Shown here piece by piece: positions 1 to 9,925 of a stretch of 64,000 nucleotides of DNA (position 1 is the first letter of the stretch; every line of letters begins with the position of its first letter). Origin of the DNA: a bacterium (lineage in GTDB: Bacteria > Patescibacteriota > Microgenomatia > JAMCZE01); assembly GCA_021836035.1 (NCBI GenBank), contig JAKBJL010000003.1, positions 4,135-68,134 on the forward strand. Reading direction: 5' to 3'. A program made the position numbers and the translations under genes. The notes beneath the pieces were generated by a model. That model had not been told where the DNA came from. It ran no database searches and saw nothing but the letters and a program-made list of their open reading frames with translations.

Positions 1-2074
1 CTGGTAATTCCCAAACAAGGGAATTACTGGCTTTATTCCAAGTTACCTCACAATCTGTCCAGGGCTTTCTTAACTCGTAAATTTGATATGCCTGGGTTGT
101 CCCGTTAGTCACATACAAGGACAACTGGGCTCCGACCACTATCGAACCGGCAGGCACGGCACTGATGTCAAACTTAAAAAGGGATGACCGGTCCTTGCCG
201 CTTCCCGAGGATTCGCTTCCGCTGACTTTAACCGTCTGGCCACCGCAATAATTAGTATCGGGAGTGGTTTCACTAATATCGTTATCATTGGCCCCGTAAT
301 TGCTATCCGGAAAGACAGAGGTCCTAAAACTAATGACGGTTGCTCCCGGAGAAGAAGTGGTTGCTGAAACGGCCGGCGTTGGCGCCGATTCATTTCCGGC
401 AGCGTCAAAAGCGGAAATCGTATATGAATAAGCGGTATTTGGGGTTAGATTGGAGTCAAGATAAGAACTGACATTGCCGACAGAGGTTAGAAAAGTTCCG
501 TTACGGTAGATTTTATAGCCGGAGGCGCCGGTGGAACTGGCGTTATCATATGAAGTTCCCCAACGAAGTTCAAATTGATCGGCTTTTTCTAAAACCGCGT
601 CAAACGCCCGAGGGACCGAGGGCGGAATCGTATCTGACCCGTAATTGTCGGGCGGTTCTAAATAAACCGGAGCGCCTGGCCTTTTTAAAACGAAGGCGCC
701 GAATTCTATCGGCGTGTGCTTGGCCGGATAAGCGAGATCCCCAATCGGTTGAGCAACGGCTGTTGATGTCATGGGAATAGCGATATTTCCTCCCTGGTAA
801 GTGCCGGAGGCAATCGCCGGTCCTAAGTAATTCTGAGCGTCTTTAACCTCATAACTATCCCCGGCGTTTAAGACGCTGGAAACATCAACCTCGACCGAGC
901 TGCTGTTTGTCCAATTGTAAACGGTAATATTCGCCCGGCCCTTTTCGTATCTATTAGGCCGGACAAAAATACTGTTGGAAGTTGGACGGGAAGAATAATA
1001 TGTATTATTAGGATAGGTTGATGCTAAAGAACCAAGATTGCCGTAAAAAGTATTGCCAGTCATGGAAATATCTGAACAGTTAACAAAGGTAATTAAAGTT
1101 GAACCACCGGCAAAATAGTTACCGGAGCCGATCCGGGGATGTAGACAACCGCTATTGTAACCCAGGTTAACACCGGTGCCGCCGCCGGAACCTGAATAAT
1201 AAGTATAGTTATCTTTCAAGATAGGCCACTCGGCTAAATCCGGCTGGTAACCACCGATCAAGATGTTCGTTTTACGCGATCCGCCGATTTCGCCATTGGA
1301 AAAAGAAGTGTTACCCTGAACGTTAATATAGTTAATGTAACTGCCTTCAGCATAACCATGAATTCCATATCCGGTATCATTAAACATGATATTGTCAGTG
1401 GCATATTTGGTGCTATTGGCGTTTTGGATATAAATCGCATGGCCTCTTTCACCATTCGGGGCGGTGACACCGTTATAATAAATAATATTTCCGTAAGCTT
1501 CCGCGTAATCACCCCCGTTGGCCATAAAAAAACCAAGTCCGCCATCATGAACAACGAGGTTTATAGCTTTGTTGTTGTGTCCGGGAGCTCCCAAGACGAT
1601 ATCAGTTGCTCGTTTAAATTCGCAGGGCGAATAAGAACAAACCCGATGCGGATCGGAGCTCATAACTTCAAACCCCCGATAGATGGTATAATTGCCGCGG
1701 ATATCGAGAAAAGCTTCTACTCCAGAAGGTAAAACGTCTACTGAATTCCTATTCAAAACTGCCCATTCACCGGGGTAGGATTGGACTTTAATATAAGCGT
1801 TGGCATTGCCGGTTAAAGTCGATCGGAAATAGCCAGTTTGGTTATAAGTTCCGCCCCGCAAATTTATAGTATCACCCGGTAAAATTTTTCCCGCAGCACC
1901 AGATAGAGCCGTTTGTAAATCCCAGGGGTTGCTTATGGAACCGTCACCCGTAGAGAAACCCGTTGGGGAAACAAAATAATCAGTAGCAAAGACTGGTTTT
2001 GACAGGGAAAAACAGAAAATAAAAACCAGCAATGAAACAATATAGCAATAGAACAATGTTTTTTTATTTTCCAT
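1..2074 (-). CDS. Secreted right-handed beta-helix (pectate-lyase-like) / FN3 / DNRLRE-like surface protein. Partial: the C-terminus runs off the window start. Tandem paralog of 2064..3902.
   Basis: The ATG at 2072-2074 (reverse complement) opens a frame that, read by eye, appears to stay open to position 1. It is absent from the ORF track because it has no in-window stop. The N-terminal signal peptide is MENKKTLFYCYIVSLLVFIF...ATDYFVSP. Long stretches align with the 2064..3902 protein: YPGEWAVLNR, IYRGFEV, HNNKAINLVVHD, TGNTFYGNLGSLASTYPNNTYYSSRPTSNSIFVRPNRYEKGRANITVYNW, GYKIYRNG...AGNESAP. The start overlaps the stop of the upstream paralog. Confidence 0.6.
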   Translation of the reverse strand, partial: MENKKTLFYCYIVSLLVFIFCFSLSKPVFATDYFVSPTGFSTGDGSISNPWDLQTALSGAAGKILPGDTINLRGGTYNQTGYFRSTLTGNANAYIKVQSYPGEWAVLNRNSVDVLPSGVEAFLDIRGNYTIYRGFEVMSSDPHRVCSYSPCEFKRATDIVLGAPGHNNKAINLVVHDGGLGFFMANGGDYAEAYGNIIYYNGVTAPNGERGHAIYIQNANSTKYATDNIMFNDTGYGIHGYAEGSYINYINVQGNTSFSNGEIGGSRKTNILIGGYQPDLAEWPILKDNYTYYSGSGGGTGVNLGYNSGCLHPRIGSGNYFAGGSTLITFVNCSDISMTGNTFYGNLGSLASTYPNNTYYSSRPTSNSIFVRPNRYEKGRANITVYNWTNSSSVEVDVSSVLNAGDSYEVKDAQNYLGPAIASGTYQGGNIAIPMTSTAVAQPIGDLAYPAKHTPIEFGAFVLKRPGAPVYLEPPDNYGSDTIPPSVPRAFDAVLEKADQFELRWGTSYDNASSTGASGYKIYRNGTFLTSVGNVSSYLDSNLTPNTAYSYTISAFDAAGNESAPTPAVSATTSSPGATVISFRTSVFPDSNYGANDNDISETTPDTNYCGGQTVKVSGSESSGSGKDRSSLFKFDISAVPAGSIVVGAQLSLYVTNGTTQAYQIYELRKPWTDCEVTWNKASNSLVWELP

Positions 2075-3902
2075 AATTAGCAATCACTTTTGTTAAATCA
2101 AAGATAGTGTACGGATTGTTAAAAGAATTTACTACTGTAAGCATATCATTAATATCAACTTTGCCGTCCAGATTATAGTCTCCCGGAATTCCTCCGGTTG
2201 TCACTGTGCTGGGGGCTGATTGGGCTGATTCGTTTCCGGCATCATCGGTGGCCGAAACCGTATAAATATAAGAAGTTTGGGGGAGGATACTCAAGTCTGA
2301 ATAGGAGCAGTTATTATTGGTCGTACAGATTTGCCCAAGAGTTTTTAAAGCCGCTCCATTACGGTAGATTTTATAACCGGTTGGACCGTTAGAACCGGTA
2401 TTATCATAAGAGCCGATCCAGGAAAGATTAACCAGATTGGAATTTGCCAATCCCGCTTTAAACGACCTGGGAACCGACGGAGGTATAGTATCCGGTCCGT
2501 AATCGTCGGGTGGTTCTAGGTATATCGGTGTGCCCGTTCGTTTTAAGACGAACGCGCCGAATTCCGAAGAAGTATGGGTGACCGAAAGGGTTGGGACTGT
2601 TGGTTGGGCAACAGCCGTCCCCGTCATGGGAATGGTAATCGATCCGCCCCGATAAGTTCCCGAGGCAATCGCCGGGCCCAAATAATCTTGAACATCTTTT
2701 ACTTCGTAACTGTCGCCGATTTGTAAAATATTGGAGACATCGACATCAACACTTGAAACATTGGCCCAATTAAAAACAGTAATATTAGCTCTGCCCTGTT
2801 CATATTTGTTGGGCCGAACAAAAATACTGTTGGTGGTTGGCCGGGCGGAATAATAGGTGTTGTTGGGATAGGTACTTTGTAGGGAACTAACGGAACCATA
2901 AAATGTATTGCCGGTGACGGTAATATCACTGCAATTAACAAAAGTAATTAAGGAACTGCCGCGGGCGATATAGTTACCCGGCCCGACTTGCGGATGATGG
3001 CAACCCGTACTGTAACCAAGATTTATTCCCGTACCGGAAGACCCGGAATAATAAAGATAATTATCTTTTATGATTGGCCATTCCGCTAAGTCCGGCTGAT
3101 TGCCGCCAATTAAAATATTGGCTTTATTTGAGCCGCCGAGACTGCCGCTTTTAAAAATAGTATTGCCGGCGAGATTAAAGTAATTAAGGTAGCTCCCCGA
3201 AGCATAAGCATGAAAACCGTAGGCATAGGAATTGAGAATCATGTTATTGGTGATATATTTGGTGCTGTTGGCATTTTGGGCATAAATACCGTGCTGAAGG
3301 TTGGAAGCGCCGTTGTTATAAAAGATGTTCCCGTAGACCTCGGAATCGTTATGGCCATTAGCAAAAAACATGCCGATGCCGTTATCATGAATGACTAAAT
3401 TAACAATTTTATTATTATGGCCGGGCGCGCCGGGAACCACTCCTGTTACCCGATTAAAACTGCAATCGGGTGCGGCGCAACCAAGGAGAGGACTGGAGTT
3501 CGTTACTTCAAAACCCCGGTAAATAGTATAACTGCCCTCAATTTCGAAAAAACCCTCGGTATTGGCTGGCATCATTGCCGCCGAGGCCCGGTCAACTATC
3601 GCCCATTCACCCGGGTAAGATTGAACTTTAATATAATTGCTTGCGGAACCGGCAAGTGAGGAATGATAATAAATGCTCTGATTGTAAGTGCCGCCACGTA
3701 AGTTAAGCGTGTCTCCCGGGATAATTTTCCCGTTACCTCCGTGAAGAGCCGTTTGCAAGTCCCAGGGATTATTTATTGAGCCATCGCCAAGTGAACTTCC
3801 CCCGGGTGAAACAAAATAGTCAGCGGCAAATACCACCGTAGGAAGCAGCAGGTAGAGGGTGGTAAAAAGCGGAACAATAAAATAACTAAGTAATATTTTC
3901 AT
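2064..3902 (-). CDS. Secreted right-handed beta-helix (pectate-lyase-fold) protein with an FN3 module and a C-terminal dockerin-like calcium-loop tag.
   Basis: 612-aa ORF with an N-terminal signal peptide (MKILLSYFIVPLFTTLYLLLPTVVFA). Repetitive G/N-rich beta-helix-like core (NLVIHDNGIGMFFANGHNDSEVYGNIFYNNG...). FN3-like segment (GYKIYRNG...YIYTVSATDDAGNES). The C-terminus PGDYNLDGKVDINDMLTVVNSFNNPYTIFDLTKVIANYGK matches a dockerin Ca-binding repeat (D-x-N-x-D-G-x-V-D/N-x-x-D plus helix). Confidence 0.75.
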   Translation of the reverse strand: MKILLSYFIVPLFTTLYLLLPTVVFAADYFVSPGGSSLGDGSINNPWDLQTALHGGNGKIIPGDTLNLRGGTYNQSIYYHSSLAGSASNYIKVQSYPGEWAIVDRASAAMMPANTEGFFEIEGSYTIYRGFEVTNSSPLLGCAAPDCSFNRVTGVVPGAPGHNNKIVNLVIHDNGIGMFFANGHNDSEVYGNIFYNNGASNLQHGIYAQNANSTKYITNNMILNSYAYGFHAYASGSYLNYFNLAGNTIFKSGSLGGSNKANILIGGNQPDLAEWPIIKDNYLYYSGSSGTGINLGYSTGCHHPQVGPGNYIARGSSLITFVNCSDITVTGNTFYGSVSSLQSTYPNNTYYSARPTTNSIFVRPNKYEQGRANITVFNWANVSSVDVDVSNILQIGDSYEVKDVQDYLGPAIASGTYRGGSITIPMTGTAVAQPTVPTLSVTHTSSEFGAFVLKRTGTPIYLEPPDDYGPDTIPPSVPRSFKAGLANSNLVNLSWIGSYDNTGSNGPTGYKIYRNGAALKTLGQICTTNNNCSYSDLSILPQTSYIYTVSATDDAGNESAQSAPSTVTTGGIPGDYNLDGKVDINDMLTVVNSFNNPYTIFDLTKVIANYGK

Positions 3903-3903
3903 C

Positions 3904-4429
3904 TCATTTTCCGAAATTGGAAATTACCCCGGTGAGGGTAAAGATATTATAGGGATTACCAAAATGGATAATCGCTTCCGGTAAATCATAGATATCTACC
4001 CGCCTGTCGCCGTTTAAGTCTCCAGCAAGGCTTGCGTTTCCCCGGACCGCTTTTACCGGGTCGGTTAAGCCGGAAATATCTTCCGGTGAGGATGCCCAAA
4101 TACCGATTTGCCCGGTTAAATCATTTAACTGTTTTGTTGGTACCATTCTTATCGTTTACCGAAGCGGGGTCAGTAATTTCCCGGTCATAATTGGCAATCG
4201 CCGGGTCAGTCGCCCAGGCAAAAATATTTAATGGTGGGTAAGGCAGAAGACCAAAACGGAGGTTAAGGTAATTGTTTAATGCCGAACTAAGAGGAGAGGC
4301 GTAATTAGAAAAACCCCGAGCTGAAATGGAAAGAGCAAGTCTTTCGGAAACACCCGATATTGCCAGCCAAAAGCTAAGGACTGATAATAAACGGCTGACT
4401 GATGAAACACCCTTCATAGGTTTTCCCAA
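3904..4429 (-). pseudogene. Small secreted dockerin-tagged protein, apparently split by a frameshift. A signal-peptide ORF (4121..4429) overlaps a dockerin-module ORF (3904..4146).
   Basis: 4121..4429 encodes a signal-peptide-bearing N-terminus (MGKPMKGVSSVSRLLSVLSFWLAISG). 3904..4146, in another frame, encodes LAGDLNGDRRVDIYDL...NPYNIFTLTGVISNFGK, homologous to the dockerin-like tags elsewhere in the window. The two overlap by 26 nt. Confidence 0.35.
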
Positions 4430-4523
4430 TTTTTGCGCGGCTTCACCTTTTCCCCGCCCTGTTTCCCAACTTTACCATATTTTGGTTGCCAACGCCTCTA
4501 TGAACTATTATAATTAGGAAGCA

Positions 4524-6059
4524 ATGTCCCAGGGAAACCTAAAGGTTCTTTTCGTGGCCGCTGAGGTAGCGCCTTTTTCCATGATGGGCGGTTTGGGGCA
4601 GGTAGGTTACTTTCTGCCGCGGGGACTACTCAAAAAGGGTGTTGATGTCCGCATTTTTACTCCCCGCTACGCGAAGATTGATCCGGTAAAATTTCCCCTG
4701 AAGATGGTTGTAGAAGGACTGCGGGTGCCGACCGGAGAACCGCCGGGTACGAATAATCCCACGGAGCTTATCTGCAATATCAAATCTTTCGGTGAGACGA
4801 AAAAGGGCGAACCGACAGTCTATTTTCTGGAAAACCAGGAATATTATGAACAACGGGCAAACGTTTACGGCTACAGCGACGACCATATCCGCTTCGGTCT
4901 CTTATCACGTGGGGCTTTGGAGTTTATCAAAAATGACGGTTTTGTTCCGGATCTGGTTCATTGTAATGATTGGCACACCGGTTATCTGATAAACTTTTTA
5001 GAACAGGAAAGCAAAGAAAGCCGGATTAATAAAATTGCCCGTCTGATGTCCGTCCATAACCTTTACCAGGGCAATTTCGATTTTGCCCATTGTTCGGAGA
5101 TGGATTACGACGACGGTAAAAGTCCCCTGGCGTCTTTTTATACGGAACAGTTTTATAAGCAAAACGCCCTGAAGCGGGGAGTGATTTACGCGGATGCGGT
5201 CAATACCGTTTCCGAAACTTATGCCCGGGAGATCATGACTGACGAGTACGGTAAGGGAATGCACAATTTATTCCGGGAGCTCCGCGGGAAACTATTCGGC
5301 GTCCTTAACGGCTTGGATTATCGCGAATTCAATCCCCAGACCGACAAAATTATTAAAGCTAACTATAGCCTTAACTCCTTGGATAAGCGGGCGGAAAACA
5401 AAAAAGATTTACAGCGACAGTTTGGTCTGGACGAAGACCCGGACGTACCAATTTTATCTTTCTGGGGTCGCATTGATACGCAGAAAGGCGTTACTTTGAT
5501 GCAGGAGACGATGCATTTTCTACTTTCGGAATTTGATGCCCAACTGGTGATGGTCGGCCCGATTGACGACCAATTCAGGGATTATTTTTTACAACTGGAA
5601 AAGGATTTCCCCGGTCGGGTGGGAACGCATTTTCTGTATAACCCCATACTGCCGCGGAAGGTGTCTGCCGGAGGGGACATCGTGCTTTTACCTTCCAAAT
5701 ATGAGCCGGGAGGAATTGTGGCTTTGGAAGCGATGCGCTACGGTTGCGTGCCGGTAGTCCGGGCCACCGGCGGTTTGGCTGATTCGGTGACTGATTATAA
5801 TCCGGCTAAAAATATCGGCACCGGTTTTACATTTAAGAAATTTACCCGGGAAAGTTTTATTGTGGCCGTTGTCCGGGCTCTTGAAACTTACAAAGATAAA
5901 GATGCGTGGAATAAGATTGTCCGGCGGGCGATGCAACAGGATTTTTCCTGGGGGAAAGTCGCGGAGAAGTATCTGGATTTGTACCAGCGGGCGGTGGAGT
6001 TTCGTAAAGAAGCGCTTCTTCCCAATCCGCCCACAGCGTTCAGGCAAATAACAACGTAA
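4524..6059 (+). CDS. glgA: Glycogen/starch synthase (GT5 family).
   Basis: N-terminal KVLFVAAEVAPFSMMGGLGQV motif. C-terminal GGLADSVTDY. 511 aa. Confidence 0.85.
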   Translation: MSQGNLKVLFVAAEVAPFSMMGGLGQVGYFLPRGLLKKGVDVRIFTPRYAKIDPVKFPLKMVVEGLRVPTGEPPGTNNPTELICNIKSFGETKKGEPTVYFLENQEYYEQRANVYGYSDDHIRFGLLSRGALEFIKNDGFVPDLVHCNDWHTGYLINFLEQESKESRINKIARLMSVHNLYQGNFDFAHCSEMDYDDGKSPLASFYTEQFYKQNALKRGVIYADAVNTVSETYAREIMTDEYGKGMHNLFRELRGKLFGVLNGLDYREFNPQTDKIIKANYSLNSLDKRAENKKDLQRQFGLDEDPDVPILSFWGRIDTQKGVTLMQETMHFLLSEFDAQLVMVGPIDDQFRDYFLQLEKDFPGRVGTHFLYNPILPRKVSAGGDIVLLPSKYEPGGIVALEAMRYGCVPVVRATGGLADSVTDYNPAKNIGTGFTFKKFTRESFIVAVVRALETYKDKDAWNKIVRRAMQQDFSWGKVAEKYLDLYQRAVEFRKEALLPNPPTAFRQITT

Positions 6060-6141
6060 GGGGCCAGGAATTAGGGGCCAGGAATTAGAGAATTTTTCGT
6101 TATGCTAACTCCTGAACTCCAGCTGCTAGCCCCTTCGATTT

Positions 6142-7623
6142 ATGGTTTGGGCTAATTTTTTGCATATTTTCCAACCGGCGCACCAGTTGCCGGATATTTT
6201 GGAAAGGATTGTCAATGAATCCTACCGGCCTTTGATGAAAGGCTTCTTAGCCCGTCCGAAGGCGAAGCTGATTTTAAATATTAACGCGGGGCTGGCGGAG
6301 CTTCTGATTGCTCAGGGATACGGAGATATTATCGAAGCGGTTACGACCCTTGCCGAGCGGGGGCAGCTGGAATTTTTAGAAAGCGCGGCTTATCATGCTT
6401 TTCTCCCCATGCTTCCCGAGGCGGAAATCCGTCAACAGATTGCTTTAAATAAAAAAATTAATACCGGAATTTTCGGTAAAGTTTACCAACCAACGGGCTT
6501 TTTTGCTCCGGAAATGGCTTACAGCGAAAAGGTAGGGAAAATTGCCGACGAGCTGGGTTACCGTTATTATCTTCTTGATGAAATCGCCTTCAACGGTCGG
6601 GTGGAACAGGCAGATCTCGCCAAAATTTTTACTTTGCAGGGAACCAGCCTGAAAATTCTTTTCCGCAACCGCCGGATATCGAACCTGATCATGGGCGCGG
6701 TGGTTAGAAACGGGGAAACTTTTATCGAAGCGCTCGGGGAAGCGGGTAAGGAAGATTTTAAAGGTTATATTCTCACCGCGATGGACGGGGAAACTTTCGG
6801 CCATCACCGGCCGGGATTGGACAAGTTACTTTTTGAAATTTATGAGTCCAAAAAAATTCAGCCGGTGCTTTCGCAGGATTTATTAAATATGTATCCGGCG
6901 GGAGGCGAAATTGCTCCCATTGCTTCCACCTGGGCCTGCAGCGCTGATGACATCGCCCGCGGCGCCCAGTTTAATCTTTGGAACGATCCGGAAAATGAAA
7001 TTCACCGCCTGCAGTGGGAATTGGCCGATTTGGCTTTGGAAGCGGGAAGTTTTCTCACCGGAGAGCTCAAAAGGAAACACCAGGAATTGATCCAGGATAA
7101 GCTGGACCGGGCTTTGGATTCCGGCCAGTTTTGGTGGGCTTCAGCCAATCCCTGGTGGAGCCTTGAGGAAATTGAAAGGGGAGCTTGGAATTTATTGGAG
7201 GTAGTGGAGGAAGTCGACCGCCTGGGGGGACGGCAAATGGAAAAGGTAACCCGCGCCCGCCAGGTTTACCAGAAAATTATTTCCATGGCTTTCGATTACC
7301 AGCGCACTGGGCGGATGCGCAAAATTATTGCCGCCCAAAAAAGCTTTTTAAAAATTCCCGTCAAGGAGCGCGATCCGGCGGAATATAAAGCGGCGGTGGA
7401 AATTCTCCGGCGCGAGGAAAAGAATGCCGTCCAACGCGGCGAATACGAACAGGCGATCAAATGGCGCGATGCTGCTTATAAATTAGAAAACGGTTTGGAT
7501 ATTTATGATACAGTCAGTATTATTGACCAACTTCGGGCGCAAAACCGCCACCAGGATTTTGAACAGATTTTGGAAAAATACCGCGAGGAATTCCGCAATC
7601 TTCAATCCGGCCAACCGGAATAA
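6142..7623 (+). CDS. Glycoside hydrolase family 57 protein (alpha-glucan branching / amylase-like).
   Basis: GH57 conserved regions: HQLP near the N-terminus, FFAPEMAY (region III, catalytic Glu), TAMDGETFGHH (region IV, catalytic Asp). Sits between the two glgA genes. Confidence 0.6.
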   Translation: MVWANFLHIFQPAHQLPDILERIVNESYRPLMKGFLARPKAKLILNINAGLAELLIAQGYGDIIEAVTTLAERGQLEFLESAAYHAFLPMLPEAEIRQQIALNKKINTGIFGKVYQPTGFFAPEMAYSEKVGKIADELGYRYYLLDEIAFNGRVEQADLAKIFTLQGTSLKILFRNRRISNLIMGAVVRNGETFIEALGEAGKEDFKGYILTAMDGETFGHHRPGLDKLLFEIYESKKIQPVLSQDLLNMYPAGGEIAPIASTWACSADDIARGAQFNLWNDPENEIHRLQWELADLALEAGSFLTGELKRKHQELIQDKLDRALDSGQFWWASANPWWSLEEIERGAWNLLEVVEEVDRLGGRQMEKVTRARQVYQKIISMAFDYQRTGRMRKIIAAQKSFLKIPVKERDPAEYKAAVEILRREEKNAVQRGEYEQAIKWRDAAYKLENGLDIYDTVSIIDQLRAQNRHQDFEQILEKYREEFRNLQSGQPE

Positions 7624-7750
7624 ATACAGCTTCAGAGGGCGCTGTCTCCTCAAGGTCAAGCCAATAATAAATTATCGAATGATATCTTTACAGGGAAACA
7701 ATATGGCTTATAATAGCTTCATAAGTTTCTGTCTCAGGAAGTGATAGAAA

Positions 7751-8107
7751 ATGAGTAATCGATATGAAATCAGGTTTCATCAGTGTGATCCGATTGGGGG
7801 AAAGATATTTGCAAAACCCGAAGAGGTGATGGAAATTTCCCGTTTAAATTTTACCGAAAGTATTGAAGCGGTGGAGAAAGCTATGGGAGGATATGCGTGT
7901 GAAGTAAGAGTGGTGGAAATTAATAACTCCGGAGGAGAAGACGTTTTTATCAAATATAACCGGCACAGCGGGGTTCTGGAAATATTGGGAATTGAAATTC
8001 CTCCGGAGACGGACCTTAAAAGGAGAATGAAAGAAACCGGCAAAACAGGGCTTGCCTTATTGGCAGAGTTGGCACGGGAAAGAAATTCCGCTAAGATGGA
8101 AGTGTGA
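7751..8107 (+). CDS. Hypothetical protein within the glycogen cluster.
   Basis: 118-aa ORF whose stop overlaps the start of the downstream glgA paralog. No recognisable motif. Confidence 0.4.
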   Translation: MSNRYEIRFHQCDPIGGKIFAKPEEVMEISRLNFTESIEAVEKAMGGYACEVRVVEINNSGGEDVFIKYNRHSGVLEILGIEIPPETDLKRRMKETGKTGLALLAELARERNSAKMEV

Positions 8108-9759
8108 AGGTTTTGTATTGCGCTTCGGAGTGCGCGCCTTTTTTTAAACTCGGGGGTTTGGGCGATGTCGCCGGCAGTTTGCCTCAGGCGCTGACTAGGT
8201 TAGGAATAGAAGCAACGGTTGCGATACCTTTCTTCAAACAAATTAGCGAGGGCATAGGGGATGGGGGCCCGCTTCGTTCTGGGGGGAGCGAGGCGCTCCG
8301 GGGATTAGAGAAAACGGAGGAATATGTAGTGCACTTCGGGAAACCGAAAAGACCGGAGAAAGTAACAGTCTACCGTGGTAAACTGCCGGACGGGGAAACC
8401 CCGATTTTATTTTTTGCTAATCCCACCTACCTGACACAATATGTTTCACCCGCGGATTTTGGTGACCAGGATAAGATTGTAGAGCGGTTTATTTTTTTCT
8501 CCGAAGCAATTGCGAAATATTTAAGTCTTGGGGTCCTGCCAAGCGACCATCCCCAAAATGCTAGCTTCGCCAAACGGCGTATCTTTTCGGTTCATTCTTC
8601 CTTGAATTTTATTTCTTATATCTTATCCGGACAAGTAAGACTTCGCAACGCTTTTGGGGTACCCGCAGGTCGTCAACCCTACTTTGATGTTATTCATCTC
8701 AACGACTGGCATGTAAGCATGGTAGCATCAATATTAAATACCAAATTTCAAGATATAAGATACAAACCAAAGACTCTTCTGACTATTCATAATTTATCTT
8801 ATAAAGGCCGGGTGGTAAGCGATATTTTGGCCGATTTGCCACCGGAGATTTATGATGCGGCTTCAGTCGAGTGGGATATCGGGGACGGAATTTTAAACTG
8901 TCTCAAACAGGGAATAGTGGCGGCTGATTATGTCAATACTGTCTCTCCGACCTACGCACGGGAAATACAAACCCCGGAATATGGTGAAGGAATGGAAGAG
9001 CTGCTGCATGGCAGAGAGGGGAGATTGGTGGGGATTTTGAACGGTATTGATGGAAAAGTGTGGGACCCGCGCAAAGACGGGATGATAGCAAAAAGTTTAA
9101 AGACAATGGTAGCAAGTATTGAGTCTCGGGAAAAGGAAATAGGGGGATGGAAAAAAGAAAACAAGAAAGCGCTGCGGCAGGCGGTAGGATTGCCGCAGGA
9201 AGAGGATGTCCCTCTATTCGGAATGGTGAGCCGGATGACGGAACAGAAAGGTATAGATATTTTAAATAAATCAATAAATTCTGTCCTGGGGCGGGGTGCG
9301 GGCCTAAAAAACTTTCAATTGGTCGTTTTGGGGACGGGGGAGAAAGAATATGAAGCCGGGTTGCAAGAGTTGGCCGATAAGTATCCGGACCAAGTGGCGG
9401 TGAAGATCGGATTTGACGAAAAACTAGCCCATCAAATTTATGCCGGGAGCGATTTTTTCCTGGTGCCGTCGAAGTTTGAACCCTGTGGGCTGACGCAAAT
9501 TATCGCCATGCGCTATGGCTCAGTTCCCCTCGTTCGTGATACCGGAGGATTACACGATACGGTTAAAGACGGGGGAACGGGGATCGTATTTAAGGAATAT
9601 AGCTCGGAAGCCCTGACGGAGGCGATGCAAAGAGCAATCGGGATATACGGGGAGCAGGATACAGTACGCAATCTGCGAAATAGGGGGATGCAAGAGGATT
9701 TTTCCTGGGAGCAAAGCGCCCGGGAATATGTTAATCTTTATAAAAGAATATTATCCTAA
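8104..9759 (+). CDS. Second GT5 glycogen-synthase-like protein carrying a long internal insertion.
   Basis: N-terminal KVLYCASECAPFFKLGGLGDV and C-terminal TGGLHDTV, with RYGSVPLVRDTGG. About 120 extra residues sit between the N-terminal motif and the DWH region. Confidence 0.75.
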   Translation: MKVLYCASECAPFFKLGGLGDVAGSLPQALTRLGIEATVAIPFFKQISEGIGDGGPLRSGGSEALRGLEKTEEYVVHFGKPKRPEKVTVYRGKLPDGETPILFFANPTYLTQYVSPADFGDQDKIVERFIFFSEAIAKYLSLGVLPSDHPQNASFAKRRIFSVHSSLNFISYILSGQVRLRNAFGVPAGRQPYFDVIHLNDWHVSMVASILNTKFQDIRYKPKTLLTIHNLSYKGRVVSDILADLPPEIYDAASVEWDIGDGILNCLKQGIVAADYVNTVSPTYAREIQTPEYGEGMEELLHGREGRLVGILNGIDGKVWDPRKDGMIAKSLKTMVASIESREKEIGGWKKENKKALRQAVGLPQEEDVPLFGMVSRMTEQKGIDILNKSINSVLGRGAGLKNFQLVVLGTGEKEYEAGLQELADKYPDQVAVKIGFDEKLAHQIYAGSDFFLVPSKFEPCGLTQIIAMRYGSVPLVRDTGGLHDTVKDGGTGIVFKEYSSEALTEAMQRAIGIYGEQDTVRNLRNRGMQEDFSWEQSAREYVNLYKRILS

Positions 9760-9925
9760 TTTTGGGGTCCCGGCGCGAACAGCCCCAAAAACAGCATTTG
9801 CTATGGCGACGGCATTATTATCCAGCGTTTTTTTTCCTCTTTTCGTGTCCGATTTTATAAAAAAGAGGGGTTTATTCCATGTTTTACCGGGCGCCCGTTC
9901 GCGTGGCCCTCTTTAAAATTAAAAT